A stretch of 64,000 nt of DNA from an uncultured Chloroflexia bacterium (GCA_963833225.1 CAWHXD010000008.1:160001-224000), one strand, 5' to 3'; numbered from the stretch's first letter, positions 19,208-30,232 are shown. Numbers and translations: made by a program. The notes: a model not told the origin generated them from the letters alone.

Positions 19208-21241
19208 GAGCCTCCCATTCCCGCGTAGTACCGCTGCGCGAGTGCCCAGGCGCCCTTGCCGCAGATCGCCCCGATCTCGCGGCCCGCGAAGTCGTCGGCC
19301 TGGATGTGGATGCCGCCCCACAGCCGTGACCGGCCGGCCTGGTCGGACGCGTCGTAGTAGGTCGCCCACTCGAGCCGGATGTCGGTCGTCGGCCCCTGCT
19401 CGAACTTGAGCGAGCCCGCCTTGATCGTGTAGCCCGACACCCCGCCCGGGAAGTACTCGCTTCCGGTGAATGCCGTGAGCACCTCGGCGCCGGCCCGGCT
19501 GAACGTGCTGTGCCCCGAGATGTACCCGGGAACGAGGGCGTCACGAACGTCGGCAGCTGGTACGGGACCCAGTCACCGGCCAGGATCCAGCCCACCCCGC
19601 CGAGCTCTGTCTTCGGGTCCGCAGGGGTTCCCGTCCACGCGTGCACGGCGATCTCGCCCTCGTGCCCGGCGAGCGCGGCGTGCCGCCCGCCCGGCGCCGT
19701 CGTCTCGGGGGTGATGAGCTCGATCAGGTCCGGGATCAGCGGCAGCCCCTCCGGGTCGTACGAGGGCAGCGACGGGTCGCTCGACTGACCGAGGCCACCC
19801 ATGTACCGGATCATCGAGATCGGGCGGATGCTGTCGTAGTGGCCCTTGAGCCCCCAGGCGGTGATGGCGGCGTCGTGGACCGCGCCGTTGAGGGCGAGGT
19901 AGAGCTTGACGTCCCACTCCAGCCGGCCGACGCGGCGCGCCCGTGCCCCCGATCCGGAGATCGGGGTCGAGCTCGTCGGACACGAAGTTGGCCAGCACGT
20001 TCCAGTGACCGGGTGGCGTCTCCGAGCTGGGGCCGTCGGCCCAGAACTCGGCCATCACCCGCCCGAAGTCCGCCTCGAGCACGATGTCGGGCGGGTACGG
20101 CTCACCGGTCACCGGGTTGACGGGGTGCCCGGCGCCGTCGTTGGTGCCGAGGTCGCTGCCGCCCATCACGGCGGGCGAGATGTCGATCGTCGCGCCGTCC
20201 GTCGGGTCGAGCAGGCTGCTGAGCTGGAGGACCTCGACGGCCTGGTCGCGATACGCCTGGTCGGTCGCGGGGTCACCCAGGCGGGGCGGCGGCCCGGGAT
20301 CGATCGGCGTGCCCGCCCCGCTGTCCGCCGGGAGCGCGAAGCCGGTCACGTGACCCCAGTGGGGGCCCGACGGCCTGCTGGACGCCGTTGGTCACCGGGA
20401 TCCCGTTCTGCGAGATCATGTGCTCGATCTGGAGCGGCTGCCAGCGGTTGGGATCCACGAGCGTCGTGCCCGATCCGGCGACCACGAGCGGCGGGTTCAC
20501 CGGCGCGTAGCCGACCGGCGCGTAGCCACCGTCCTCGTTCGATCCATCCGTCTTGCCATAGGCGATCACGACCTCGGCGATGCGGTTGCCCAGCGCCGCC
20601 GGGGAGTCGCCCTCGGTGATGGTGACGTCCACCGGGTAGCACATCGCGTCCATCAGGTCGGCGAACTCGCTCAGCGAGTCGGCGCCGCCCGTTGCCTTGA
20701 TGTAGCGCTCATTGAGCAGGCGATACGCGGCGTAGGACATCGCCTCGGCACGGGCCGCATCGACATCGTCGGCATGGAGCTTCTCGGTGACCAGGTAGCC
20801 CCGCGCGGTGGGATCGTAGGCGGCCCACGCATCCCACATCGCGACCGACGTGTGGAACAGGTTTCGGGCGTGGACGGTCGGGGCGGGCAGCGCCCGCCGG
20901 ATGGCGTCCAGCAGGACCTCGTCCCAGCGGCGGGCGACGGACCACGTCGGGTGCTCGGCGATCGGCGGGCAGGTGGGCGCCGTGACCCACGGACGCGTCA
21001 CCAGCAGCGCAGCGACCCCGCCAACCACCAGGACCGCGGCGACGGCCACCCCGGCGATCATCACGGCGGGTCGACGCCGCCGCGACGGCGCCGGTCGAAC
21101 CGGCTCGTCGGCCGGTGCCCCTTGGGCCGGGCTTCCGGCCGCGACCTCGGCCGTCGTCTCGCCCGTCGGCATCGTGGTCCCGTCCTGGCCGGGGCTCTTC
21201 GTCGCGTCACCGTTGCTCACGCCTTCGCCCTCCTCTGGCAC
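19204..21241 (-). CDS. Vanadium-dependent haloperoxidase (PAP2 superfamily)-like protein with N-terminal TM anchor; 3 frameshifts
   Basis: 'ARRWDEVLLDAIR..PTVHARNLFH', 'EFWADGP..ETPPGHWN', 'AWGLKGHYDSIRPISMIR', 'TPSFP(G)YISGHSTFS', 'SRLWGGIH', across four ORF fragments. Confidence 0.85.
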
Positions 21242-21329
21242 CCGGCGTTGGCCGCCGCGGACGGCAGCCCGTCTGCGGCCGCTCCAGCCTCGTCATGCTA
21301 CTCCGCTGGCCCATCCGTCCCGCCGTGGA

Positions 21330-22316
21330 TCATGAGCCGGCCGCCGCGAACAGGCGCTCGATCACCCGCACGCCCGCCACGGCATCCGCCGCCGGGACCG
21401 CGGGCGCCACGCCATCGAGGACGGTCGCGGCGAATGCGTCCACCTCGCAGGCGTACGGGTCGGACGGTCCGAACACCAGCGTCTCGGTCTCGGGGGCCAC
21501 GGGCGGATCACCGCCCGCCGTGACGAACACCCGGGTCGGTCGGTCCGGCGGGATGTTGAACGGGATCTCGATGCTGATCCGGCCTGCCGACCCGTAGACA
21601 TGGACCCGCTGGTCGGGCTCCACGCGAGTGGAGCAGGTGAAGCTGGCCCGGCCGGAGCCAAAGGCCATGAGCGCCGTGGTCAGGACGTCCACCCCGGACA
21701 CCGGGTCCCGCGCCAGGGAGGCGGCGACGGTGTCGGGCTCGGCATCGAACAGCCAGCGCGACAGGCTCACCGAGTAGCACCCGATATCCCACAGCGCCCC
21801 ACCACCGAAGGCGAGGATGTTCCGGATGTTCGCCGGGTCGTCATTGAAGTACGAGAACCACGAGTCGACCGCGGCGAGCTGGCCGATCCGCCCCGACGCG
21901 ACCAGGTCGCGCACGGCAAGCCAGGTCGGGTGATGGCGATACATGAACGCCTCGGCCAGCACCCGCCCGGCCCGGCTGGCGGCATCGACCATCGCCTCGG
22001 CGTCCGCGACCGTCAGCGCGAGCGGCTTCTCGCACAGCACATGCTTGCCCGCCTCGAGCGCCCGGAGCGTCCACTCGGCGTGCAGGTGGTTGGGCAGCGG
22101 GATGTAGATCGCGTCCACGCCGGGATCCGCCAGGAGTGCCTCGTAGGACCCGTGGGCGACGGGGATCTCGAGCCGGTCGGCCACCGCGCGCGCCCGTCCG
22201 GCATCGCGCGACGCGATCGCGGCCACCTCGGCGCGCGCGGCCCGGCGCATCCCCGGGATCACGTTCCCGGTCGCGATGTCCGCTGTCGACAGGACCCCCC
22301 AACGAAGCCGATCCAT
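21330..22316 (-). CDS. Gfo/Idh/MocA family oxidoreductase (possible sugar/xylose dehydrogenase)
   Basis: 'LRWGVLSTADIA', 'YIPLPNHLH', 'HVLCEKP', 'GGALWDIGCY'. Divergent from the ROK regulator. Confidence 0.88.
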   Translation of the reverse strand: MDRLRWGVLSTADIATGNVIPGMRRAARAEVAAIASRDAGRARAVADRLEIPVAHGSYEALLADPGVDAIYIPLPNHLHAEWTLRALEAGKHVLCEKPLALTVADAEAMVDAASRAGRVLAEAFMYRHHPTWLAVRDLVASGRIGQLAAVDSWFSYFNDDPANIRNILAFGGGALWDIGCYSVSLSRWLFDAEPDTVAASLARDPVSGVDVLTTALMAFGSGRASFTCSTRVEPDQRVHVYGSAGRISIEIPFNIPPDRPTRVFVTAGGDPPVAPETETLVFGPSDPYACEVDAFAATVLDGVAPAVPAADAVAGVRVIERLFAAAGS

Positions 22317-22336
22317 GAGTTCCTCCGCCGCTGGTC

Positions 22337-22366
22337 TTGACAGCCGTGGGGCTCACGCGTCAGTCT
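22337..22366 (+). promoter_or_regulatory. Sigma70-type promoter for the ROK regulator
   Basis: TTGACA (22337-22342), 18 nt spacer, CAGTCT (22361-22366). Confidence 0.5.
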
Positions 22367-22373
22367 GGCACAT

Positions 22374-22396
22374 ATTTGAACGGGAGGAACACAAAC
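22374..22396. promoter_or_regulatory. Putative XylR(ROK) operator 1
   Basis: Minus strand reads GTTTGT-N11-TCAAAT. Same architecture as the site upstream of xylA; AT-rich within a GC-rich context. Confidence 0.55.
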
Positions 22397-22399
22397 CCT

Positions 22400-23635
22400 G
22401 TGACTCACCGGCGGCTCGACCTCGGGCAACGCAGCGAGACGGTTCGGCGAGCGAACCTGAGCTCGATCGTCCGCGTCCTGCACAACGATGGCCCGCAGTC
22501 GAGATCGGACCTCGTCGGGCACACCGGCCTGACGCGCAGCGCCATCCGCGCGCTGGTCGGCGAGCTGACCAGCGCCGGGGTTGCGATCGAGGATCCGGGC
22601 GTGGCCAATGGCCGGCCCGGTCGTCCCTCGCCAGAGGTCCGCCTCGTCCCCGATGCCGTCGTGGCCGTCGCGTTCTCGATCCTGGTCGACTCGCTCTCCG
22701 TGGCGGTCGTGGGCCTGGGCGGCGCGATGCTCGCCGAGGCCCGCACGGACCGCCCGCGGGGCCACAGCTCCCCGGAGGAGGTTGCCGACGATCTCGTGGC
22801 GCTGCTCCGGCACCTGCCCGGCGGCCCGCCGCCCGTCGACCGCGTCGCCGGCGTTGGCGTGGCCGTGGCCGCCGTCGTCCGACGATCCGATGGGATGGTC
22901 GAGATGGCGCCCAACCTGGGCTGGCGTGGCGTGCCCCTCGCACGGCTGGTGGCCGGGCGCCTGGGCTGGTCCGTGCCCGTGCTTGTGGGCAACGAGTCCG
23001 ACTTGGGAATGCTGGCCGAGGTCCGCCGCGGCGCCGCGATCGGTATCGATGACCTCATCTACCTCCACGGCGAGGTGGGCGTCGGTGCCGGCATCTACGC
23101 CGGCGGCCGACCCCTCACGGGCGCCGCCGGCTACGCGGGCGAGCTTGGCCACTTCCCGATCGAGGCCGAGGGAGCGCGGTGCCGTTGCGGCTCTCGGGGC
23201 TGCTGGGAGACGGTCGTCGGCACCGAGGCCCTGCTCGTGCGCGCGGGACGACCCGCGGATTCGGGCGACGATGGCGTCGAGGAGCTCTTCAGCGATGCCG
23301 CCGCCGGCGATCGCGTCGTGCTCGGAGCGATCGAGGAGACCGGCCGCCGGCTCGGGATCGGGCTGGCCGGCTTCGTCAACGTGTTCAACCCGCGGCTCGT
23401 GGTCCTCGGCGGCCTGTTCGGCCGCCTCGAGCCATTCGCCCACGCCGCGATCGTGAGCGGGCTCGATGAGCGTGCCCTGCCCGCAAGCCGCGCCATGGTG
23501 CGCGTGGTGCCTGCAGCCCTGCGCGAGGAAGCGACCCTGCTCGGCGCGGCCGAGCTCGCCCTCGAGGGCTTCCTGGATGATCCATCGGCATGGCTCGCCC
23601 CAAGCGAGGCTGTCGGCGAGCTTGCGACGGCATGA
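22400..23635 (+). CDS. xylR: ROK family transcriptional repressor (XylR-like)
   Basis: N-terminal wHTH 'SRSDLVGHTGLTRSAI', 'GRPGRP', 'GYAGELGH', Zn motif 'CRCGSRGCWE'. Sits in the xylose cluster. Confidence 0.88.
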   Translation: MTHRRLDLGQRSETVRRANLSSIVRVLHNDGPQSRSDLVGHTGLTRSAIRALVGELTSAGVAIEDPGVANGRPGRPSPEVRLVPDAVVAVAFSILVDSLSVAVVGLGGAMLAEARTDRPRGHSSPEEVADDLVALLRHLPGGPPPVDRVAGVGVAVAAVVRRSDGMVEMAPNLGWRGVPLARLVAGRLGWSVPVLVGNESDLGMLAEVRRGAAIGIDDLIYLHGEVGVGAGIYAGGRPLTGAAGYAGELGHFPIEAEGARCRCGSRGCWETVVGTEALLVRAGRPADSGDDGVEELFSDAAAGDRVVLGAIEETGRRLGIGLAGFVNVFNPRLVVLGGLFGRLEPFAHAAIVSGLDERALPASRAMVRVVPAALREEATLLGAAELALEGFLDDPSAWLAPSEAVGELATA

Positions 23636-23805
23636 GACCGTCGCCCGTCATCCTGACTCGTGGCTGCCAGTCCCCGCTCGGGGTCGGGCGTGATGAAAGG
23701 AGCGATCGAACGCTGTAGCCTGTCCGGGAACCGTCCACATCGCGTGACCATTCTGGCTCCCGCCGTCGAGCCGACGCCGGGGGACCCCTGGAGGAGAGCA
23801 CACGC

Positions 23806-24948
23806 ATGAATCTGCGCAAGATTGCGGCCCTGCTGGGCGCCTCGGCGGTCTTCGTCGCGGCCTGTGGCAGCGGAGCGGCAACGACCGCTCCCACGACCGC
23901 TCCCACGACCGCTCCCACCGTAGCCCCGACCGAGGCCATGACCGAGGCGCCCAGCGCCCAGGCCGGCTGCGTCGTCGGTGTGTCCTGGAACAACTACCAG
24001 GAGGAGCGCTGGGCCCACTGGGACGAGCCCGCCCTCAAGGACGCCATCGCGGCCGGCGGCGGCTCGTACATCTCGAACGACGCCAAGTCGTCGGCTGAGG
24101 CCCAGGCATCCAACGTCGAGAACCTGATCGCACAGGGCGCCAACGTCCTGGTGATCCTCGCCCAGGACGGCACCGCCATCAAGCCGTCCGTTGCCAACGC
24201 GATCGCCAACGGCGTCCCCGTCATCGCCTACGACCGCCTGATCGAGGATCCGGCGGCCCTGTACATCACCTTTGACAACAAGCTGGTCGGCAAGATGCAG
24301 GCGGAGGCTGTCCTGGCCGTCGTGTCCGAGGGCAACTTCGCGGTCATCAAGGGCAACTCGGCCGACGCCAACGCGGACTTCCTCCGCGCGGGCATGGTCG
24401 AGGCCGGCATCCCGGCCGTCGGCGAGACGGATCCCACGGGCAAGATCAAGATCGTGGGTGAGACGTACACCGACAACTGGGACCCGGCCAACGCCCAGAC
24501 CGAGATGGAGCAGATCCTGTCCGCAAACGACAACAAGGTCGATGCGGTGCTGTCGGAGAACGACGGCATGGCCGGAGGCGTCGTCGCGGCGCTTGAGGCC
24601 CAGGGCATGGCGGGGACGGTTCCCGTGTCCGGCCAGGACGGCGACAAGGCCGCCCTCAACCGCGTGGCGCTCGGCACCCAGACGGTCTCCGTCTGGAAGG
24701 ACGCCCGGGAGCTGGGCAAGGCCGCCGGCGAGGCGGCAATCGCCCTGTGTGCCAACCCCGACATCAAGTCCGTCCCCGGCGTCGTGCAGTTCATGAGCCC
24801 GGGCAACAACGACATGACCTCGATCTTCCTGACCCCGATCCCGATCAAGCAGGACAACCTGAATGTCGTGGTCGACGCCGGCTGGATCGACAAGGCCTCG
24901 CTCTGCCAGGGCGTGACCGACACCGCGGCCGTCCCCGCCTGCCAGTAG
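23806..24948 (+). CDS. xylF: Xylose ABC transporter substrate-binding lipoprotein
   Basis: Lipobox 'FVAAC', 'EERWAHWD', 'VIAYDRLI', 'VSGQDGDKAALNRVALGTQTVSVWKD' match the XylF family. Confidence 0.88.
   Translation: MNLRKIAALLGASAVFVAACGSGAATTAPTTAPTTAPTVAPTEAMTEAPSAQAGCVVGVSWNNYQEERWAHWDEPALKDAIAAGGGSYISNDAKSSAEAQASNVENLIAQGANVLVILAQDGTAIKPSVANAIANGVPVIAYDRLIEDPAALYITFDNKLVGKMQAEAVLAVVSEGNFAVIKGNSADANADFLRAGMVEAGIPAVGETDPTGKIKIVGETYTDNWDPANAQTEMEQILSANDNKVDAVLSENDGMAGGVVAALEAQGMAGTVPVSGQDGDKAALNRVALGTQTVSVWKDARELGKAAGEAAIALCANPDIKSVPGVVQFMSPGNNDMTSIFLTPIPIKQDNLNVVVDAGWIDKASLCQGVTDTAAVPACQ
23881..23930 (+). repeat. 12-bp tandem repeat encoding a (TTAP)n linker
   Basis: acgaccgctccc x3 followed by a degenerate copy, just after the lipobox. 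Confidence 0.8.
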
Positions 24949-25011
24949 GCGAGACGCCGCACTGACCCACTCGCGCCCTGCGCCGCGATCGCGACGCAGG
25001 GCGCGTCTCGC
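24949..25011 (+). terminator. Stem-loop between xylF and xylH (mRNA stabilisation or attenuation)
   Basis: cgcgccctgcg (24972-82) pairs with cgcagggcgcg (24995-25005). An outer gcgaga/tctcgc pairing is also possible. Confidence 0.55.
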
Positions 25012-25037
25012 ATCCGCCGTCCTCCACGAGGGAGCTG

Positions 25038-26321
25038 ATGTCCGACACGAAATCGCCGAACGCCACCCGGCAGCCTGGGGGCCGATCCGTCCGGTCGACC
25101 ATCGCCGCGATCGAGGTCGACACGCGCCTCATCGGCATGGTGGTGGCCCTCGCGGGCATCTGGGTGTTCTTCAACGTCCTGTCCGGCGGCAACTTCATCA
25201 CGCCGCGCAACCTCTGGAACCTGTCGGTCCAGAGCGCCTCGATCGCGATCATGGCCACGGGCATGGTGCTGATCATCGTGTCCCGCAACATCGACCTCTC
25301 CGTGGGCTCGATGCTGGGCTTCCTGGGCTACGCGATGGCGATGCTCCAGGCGGTGTGGATCCCCAACGCGCTCGGCCTGGGCTTCGACCAGCCGTACACC
25401 TGGGTCGTCACGATCCTGTTCGGGATCGTCCTGGGGGCCATGGCGGGCGGCATCCAGGGTCTCCTGGTCGCCTACGCCGGCATCCCGTCGTTCATCGTCA
25501 CCCTTGGCGGCCTCCTCGTCTGGCGCGGCTTGATCTTCCGGTTCCAGCAGGGTCAGACCATCGCCCCGCTGGACAGCACCTTCCGATTGCTGGGGGGCGG
25601 TGCGACCGGCTCCCTGGGCGACACGGCGAGCTGGGTCCTCGGCGCGCTCATGTGCGTCGGCATCATCTACACGCTCGTTGCCGGCCGGCGCCGGCGGCAG
25701 CGATACGACTTCCCGCTGCGCCCGATCTGGGCCGAGGCCCTGATCGGTGCCGTCGGCTGCGGCGCCGTGATGGCCGCCATCTGGGTCGCCAACAGCTACC
25801 TGTGGCCGGAGCAGCTCGCCAAGCAGGCCGGCTTTGACGTTCCGCCCGCGACCGGCGTCGCCTACCCCGTCGTCATCCTGATCGTCGTGGGCCTGGCGAT
25901 CACGTATCTCGCCACGCGGCGCCGGTTCGGACGCTACGTCTACGCGATCGGCGGCAACCCCGATGCCGCGGAGCTGGGCGGCATCAACGTGCGGCGCACC
26001 ATCCTGGGCACCTTCGCCCTGATGGGCATGCTCGCCGCGATCAGCGCCGCGGTGCAGACCGCGCGCCTCAACTCGGCAGTCACCAACCTGGGCGTGACCA
26101 ACGAGCTCGACGTCATCTCCGCGGCCGTGATCGGCGGCACTTCCTTCGCGGGTGGCATCGGCACCATCCCGGGCGCCATCCTCGGCGCCGTGGTGATGCA
26201 ATCGTTGCGCTCCGGCATGCTCCTGCTCAACGTGGACTCGCCCACCCAGGACGTGGTCGTCGGCATCGTCCTGATCGCCGCCGTCGGCTTCGATGCATTC
26301 CTGCGTCGCCGGGCTTCCTGA
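25038..26321 (+). CDS. xylH: Xylose ABC transporter permease
   Basis: 'NIDLSVGS', 'IPSFIVTLGG', 'FGRYVYAIGGNPDAAELGGI', 'ELDVISAAVIGG'. Confidence 0.9.
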   Translation: MSDTKSPNATRQPGGRSVRSTIAAIEVDTRLIGMVVALAGIWVFFNVLSGGNFITPRNLWNLSVQSASIAIMATGMVLIIVSRNIDLSVGSMLGFLGYAMAMLQAVWIPNALGLGFDQPYTWVVTILFGIVLGAMAGGIQGLLVAYAGIPSFIVTLGGLLVWRGLIFRFQQGQTIAPLDSTFRLLGGGATGSLGDTASWVLGALMCVGIIYTLVAGRRRRQRYDFPLRPIWAEALIGAVGCGAVMAAIWVANSYLWPEQLAKQAGFDVPPATGVAYPVVILIVVGLAITYLATRRRFGRYVYAIGGNPDAAELGGINVRRTILGTFALMGMLAAISAAVQTARLNSAVTNLGVTNELDVISAAVIGGTSFAGGIGTIPGAILGAVVMQSLRSGMLLLNVDSPTQDVVVGIVLIAAVGFDAFLRRRAS

Positions 26322-26331
26322 GGGTATCGAG

Positions 26332-27232
26332 ATGGACCAGCGCAACGAGCCCGTGCCCCAGACACCGGCCGCTTCCGGACCAGGCGAACCGGCCGATCCG
26401 ATGACCCCTCCGACTGCTCGAGGCTCCCCGGGGGGGCGTACCCCTCGTCGACCGCTCCGGGCCGCCCCTTGTCGAGATGCGCAATATCCGGGTCGCGTTC
26501 GGCGGCGTCCACGCCGTCGAGGACGTGTCCGTTGACCTCTACCCCGGCGAGGTCATGGGCCTGGTCGGCGGCAACGGCGCCGGCAAATCGACGCTCATCC
26601 GCGTGCTCTCCGGCGCCCACGTCGCGGACTCGGGCAAGATCCTGATCAACGGGGCCCCGGTCGAGATCCGGAACCCGCGCGATGCCAAGGCCTACGGCAT
26701 CGAGACCATCTACCAGACGCTCGCGCTCGCCGACAACGTCGACGCGGCGGCCAACGTGTTCCTCGGGCGCGAGCGCCTCACCCGGATGGGCTCGCTCGAC
26801 GACGCGGCGATGGAATCCGCCACCCGCAACGTGATGGGCCGGCTCAACCCGCGGTTCCACAACTTCAAGACGGCGGTGAAGTCGCTGTCGGGCGGCCAGC
26901 GCCAGTCCGTCGCGATCGCGAGGGCGGTCCACTTCAACGCCAAGATCCTGATCATGGACGAGCCCACCGCGGCGCTCGGGCCGGCCGAGACGGCCCAGGT
27001 CCGGGACCTCGTGATGCAGCTCAAGGCGGAGGGCATCGGGATCTTCCTGATCAGCCATGACATCCACGACGTGTTCGACCTCTCGGACCGGATCAGCGTC
27101 ATGCTCCAGGGCCGCCTGGTGGGCACGGTGGACCGGGACAGGATCACCAAGGACCAGGTCCTGGCGATGATCATCATGGGCAAGCAGCCCGGCGAGGCAT
27201 CGGAGCGGGAGATGGCCGAGCTCCTCGGCTGA
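26332..27232 (+). CDS. Sugar ABC transporter ATP-binding protein (single NBD); probable frameshift near 26460
   Basis: Walker A 'GGNGAGKST', signature 'LSGGQRQ', 'DEPTAALG'. Core ORF is 26477..27232; upstream ATG at 26332. Confidence 0.88.
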
Positions 27233-27309
27233 CCAGCAGCCGCCCAACGGGGCGAGCGGGCTCCCGCGACCACGGGGCGGGTCCCCGGGCGGTCGCGCCC
27301 GTGGCCGCC

Positions 27310-28798
27310 TCAGCCGGGGTGGTGGAACAACGGCGCCAGGGCCGGGTAGAGCGCCCGGTAGCGTGCGTGCGTCTCGGCATAGACCGGTGCATCGGGGCCG
27401 GGCTCCGCGACGAGCTCGGAGCGCACCAGGGCGTTCGCGGCCGCGTCCACGTCGGGGAACCAGCCGCCACCCACGGCGGCCAGCAGGGCGGCCCCGAACG
27501 CCGCGCCCTCGGTCGTTGCCGGCGTGGCGATCGCCGCCCCCAGCGCATCGGCCAGGATCTGCCGCCACACGGGACTCGCGAGGCCGCCACCGGAGGCGAG
27601 GATCGTCGAGGGCATCGGCATGCCCGCCGCCAGCATCAGGTCCAGCCCGTCCCGCAGGCCGAAGGCGACGCCCTCCAGCACGGCGCGGGTCAAGTGGCGG
27701 CGATCGTGCCCGAGGGTGAGACCCACGAACGCGCCGCGCGCCTGCGGGTCGGGGTGCGGGCAGCGTTCACCGGTCAGGTAGGGCAGGAACAGCAGGCCGT
27801 CGGCTCCCGGGGCGACCTCGGCGGCGGGCTCCACCAGGTCGGGGTAGGGGTCGCCGGGCGCCACGGCGTCCCGGAACCAGCGCAGGCTCCCCGCGGCCGA
27901 CAGCATCACCGACATCAGGTGCCAGCGACCGGGCACCGCGTGACAGAACGCGTGAACGCGACCCGCCGGGTCGAAGATGGGCCGGTCCGTGGTCGCGAAC
28001 ACCACACCCGAGGTCCCCAGCGACAGGGCGACCTTGCCGGGCACCACGGCGCCCACGCCGACGGCGTTCGCCGCCTGGTCTCCCCCGCCGGCGACCACGG
28101 GAGTGCCCTCGCGCACGCCGGTCGCCGCCGCGGCGGCGCGGGTGACCGTCCCCGTCACGGCCGTCCCCTCGTGCGTCGCCGGCATCCAGGCCGGCTCGAT
28201 CCGGAGGGCGCCGAGCATCTCCGCCGACCAGTCGCGCGCGGCGAGGTCGAACAGGATCGTCCCGGAGCCGCCGGCCTTGTCCATCGCGTGCTCGCCGGTC
28301 AGCTGCAGCCGGACGAAGTCCTTGGGCAGCAGGACATGCGCGACGCGCGCCCAGGCCGCGGGCTCGTGGTCCCGCACCCAGACGAGCTTGGGGGCCGTGA
28401 ACCCGGTGAGGGCGTCGTTGCCGGTGATCTCCACCAGGCGCGCCGGACCCAGCGCGGCCCGGATCAGGTCACACTCGGCCGCCGTCCGCTGGTCGTTCCA
28501 CAGGATAGCCGGACGGATCACCTCGCCTGCCGCATCGAGCAGCACCAGCCCATGCATCTGGCCGGTCAGGCCCACCGCAACGACATCCTGCCCGGTCACC
28601 CCGGCAGCGGCCAGCGCGCGCGGGATGGCCTCGATCGCCGCCTTCCACCAGAGGCCCGGATCCTGTTCGCTCCACTGCGGCTGTGGCTGCTCGAAGCCGT
28701 ACTCCGACGCAGCCACGCTCAGGACATCGCCACCGCTCGCCGACGACGATCGCCTTGGTGGCGGTGGTCGAGACGTCGATCCCGAGGACGACGCCCAT
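27310..28798 (-). CDS. xylB: Xylulokinase (frameshift near 28740)
   Basis: 'LGIDVSTTATK', 'TGQMHG', 'ILWNDQRT', 'GGGDQAA', 'LPYLTGERCP'. Confidence 0.92.
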
Positions 28799-28801
28799 CG
28801 A

Positions 28802-30152
28802 TCAGCCCCCGGCGGGCCGGTTCGCCGCCCAGACGCTCCGGTTGACGAGGTGCTCGAGCCGCTCCTGGCCGCCGGAGACCCGGGTCGGCTGGATCGAGCC
28901 GCTCGCGACGCGAGCCTCGAGGTCCGCCAGGCTCTCGCTCCCGTCGAGGATCGCGCGGCCCAAGGCGCCCTCCCAGCCCGCGTAGCGCGCCTCGCGGTTC
29001 GCGAGCAGCTCGCCTCGCTCCACGAGATCGGCCGCCGCCAGCAGGGCCTGGGCAAGCGCGTCCATGCCACCGATGTGGGCGTAGAACAGGTCGGTGCGGT
29101 CGGTGGACTGGCGGCGCAGCTTGGCGTCGAAGTTGAAGCCACCCGTGGTGAACCCGCCGGCCTTGAGGATCTCGTACAGCGGCATGACCAGGTCGTCCAC
29201 GGAGTTCGGGAACTGGTCGGTGTCCCAGCCGTTCTGGGGATCGCCCCGGTTGGCGTCGATCGAGCCGAACATGCCGTTCGCCACGGCGTACGCGACCTCG
29301 TGGTGGAAGGAGTGACCGGCAAGCGTGGCGTGGTTGGCCTCGATGTTGGTCTTGAACTCGCCCTCCAGGCCGTGGCGGACGAGGAAGCCGTGCACGGTCG
29401 CGGTGTCGTAGTCGTACTGGTGCTTGGTGGGCTCCTGCGGCTTGGGCTCGATCAGCAGCTGGCCCTCGAAACCGATCTTTGCCTTGTGCTCCGCGACCAG
29501 GTGCAGGAACCGGGCGAGCTGGTCGCCCTCGCGCCGCAGGTCCGTGTTGAGCAGCGTGTCGTAGCCCTCACGTCCACCCCACAGGACGTAGTTGGTGCCG
29601 CCCAGCCGCTGGGTGACCTCGAGCATGTGCTTGACCTGCGCCGCCGCGTAGGCGAACACCTCGGGATCCGGGTTGGTCGCCGCGCCCGCCTGGTAGCGCG
29701 GGTGGGTGAACAGGTTGGCGGTGCCCCACAGGAGCTTGACGCCCGTGCGCTCCTGGTAGCCCGCTGCCTCGTCCGTCGAGGGCGTCGAGATTGTCCCGGA
29801 ATTCGGCGAAGCTCGCGCCTTCCGGGGCCACGTCACGGTCGTGGAAGCAGTAGTACGGAACGCCCAGCTTGCCCAGGAACTCGAACACGACGGCGAGCCG
29901 CTCGCGTGCGGCACCCATCGGGTCTGCGAGCGGGTCCAGCCACGGGCGGTCCAGCGTGCCGGCGCCGAACATGTCGCGACCGTCCCAGGCAAAGGAGTGC
30001 CACAGGCAGGCGCCAATCCGGAGGTGCTCCTCCATCCGCTTGCCGAGGACCAGCCGATCCGGGTCATAGACCTTGAAGGCGAGCGGGTCCGTCGAGTCCA
30101 GTCCGCCGAACTGGATGCGGTCCGTCACCTCGGTGAAGAACGGCTCGGTCAT
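28802..30152 (-). CDS. xylA: Xylose isomerase, class II (frameshifts near 29780)
   Basis: 'WHSF', 'FHDRD', 'WGGREGY', '[14 protein letters not shown]', 'NIEANHA', 'GWDTDQF', 'GGFNFDAK'. Confidence 0.95.
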
Positions 30153-30209
30153 TGCGCTTGCCTCCACGTTGCCGACGCCACGGCCGGCGCCAGGCGCCCG
30201 GTCCGCGGT

Positions 30210-30232
30210 GTTTGTTCGATGATATTACATAC
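30210..30232. promoter_or_regulatory. Putative XylR(ROK) operator 2, upstream of xylA
   Basis: GTTTGT-tcgatgatatt-ACATAC, an imperfect palindrome with the same 11-nt spacer as site 1. Confidence 0.6.

Noticed and set aside
27310-29322. Apparent extended or fused XylB (670 aa)
   Set aside because: A frameshift near 28740 joins xylB to an off-frame reading of xylA.
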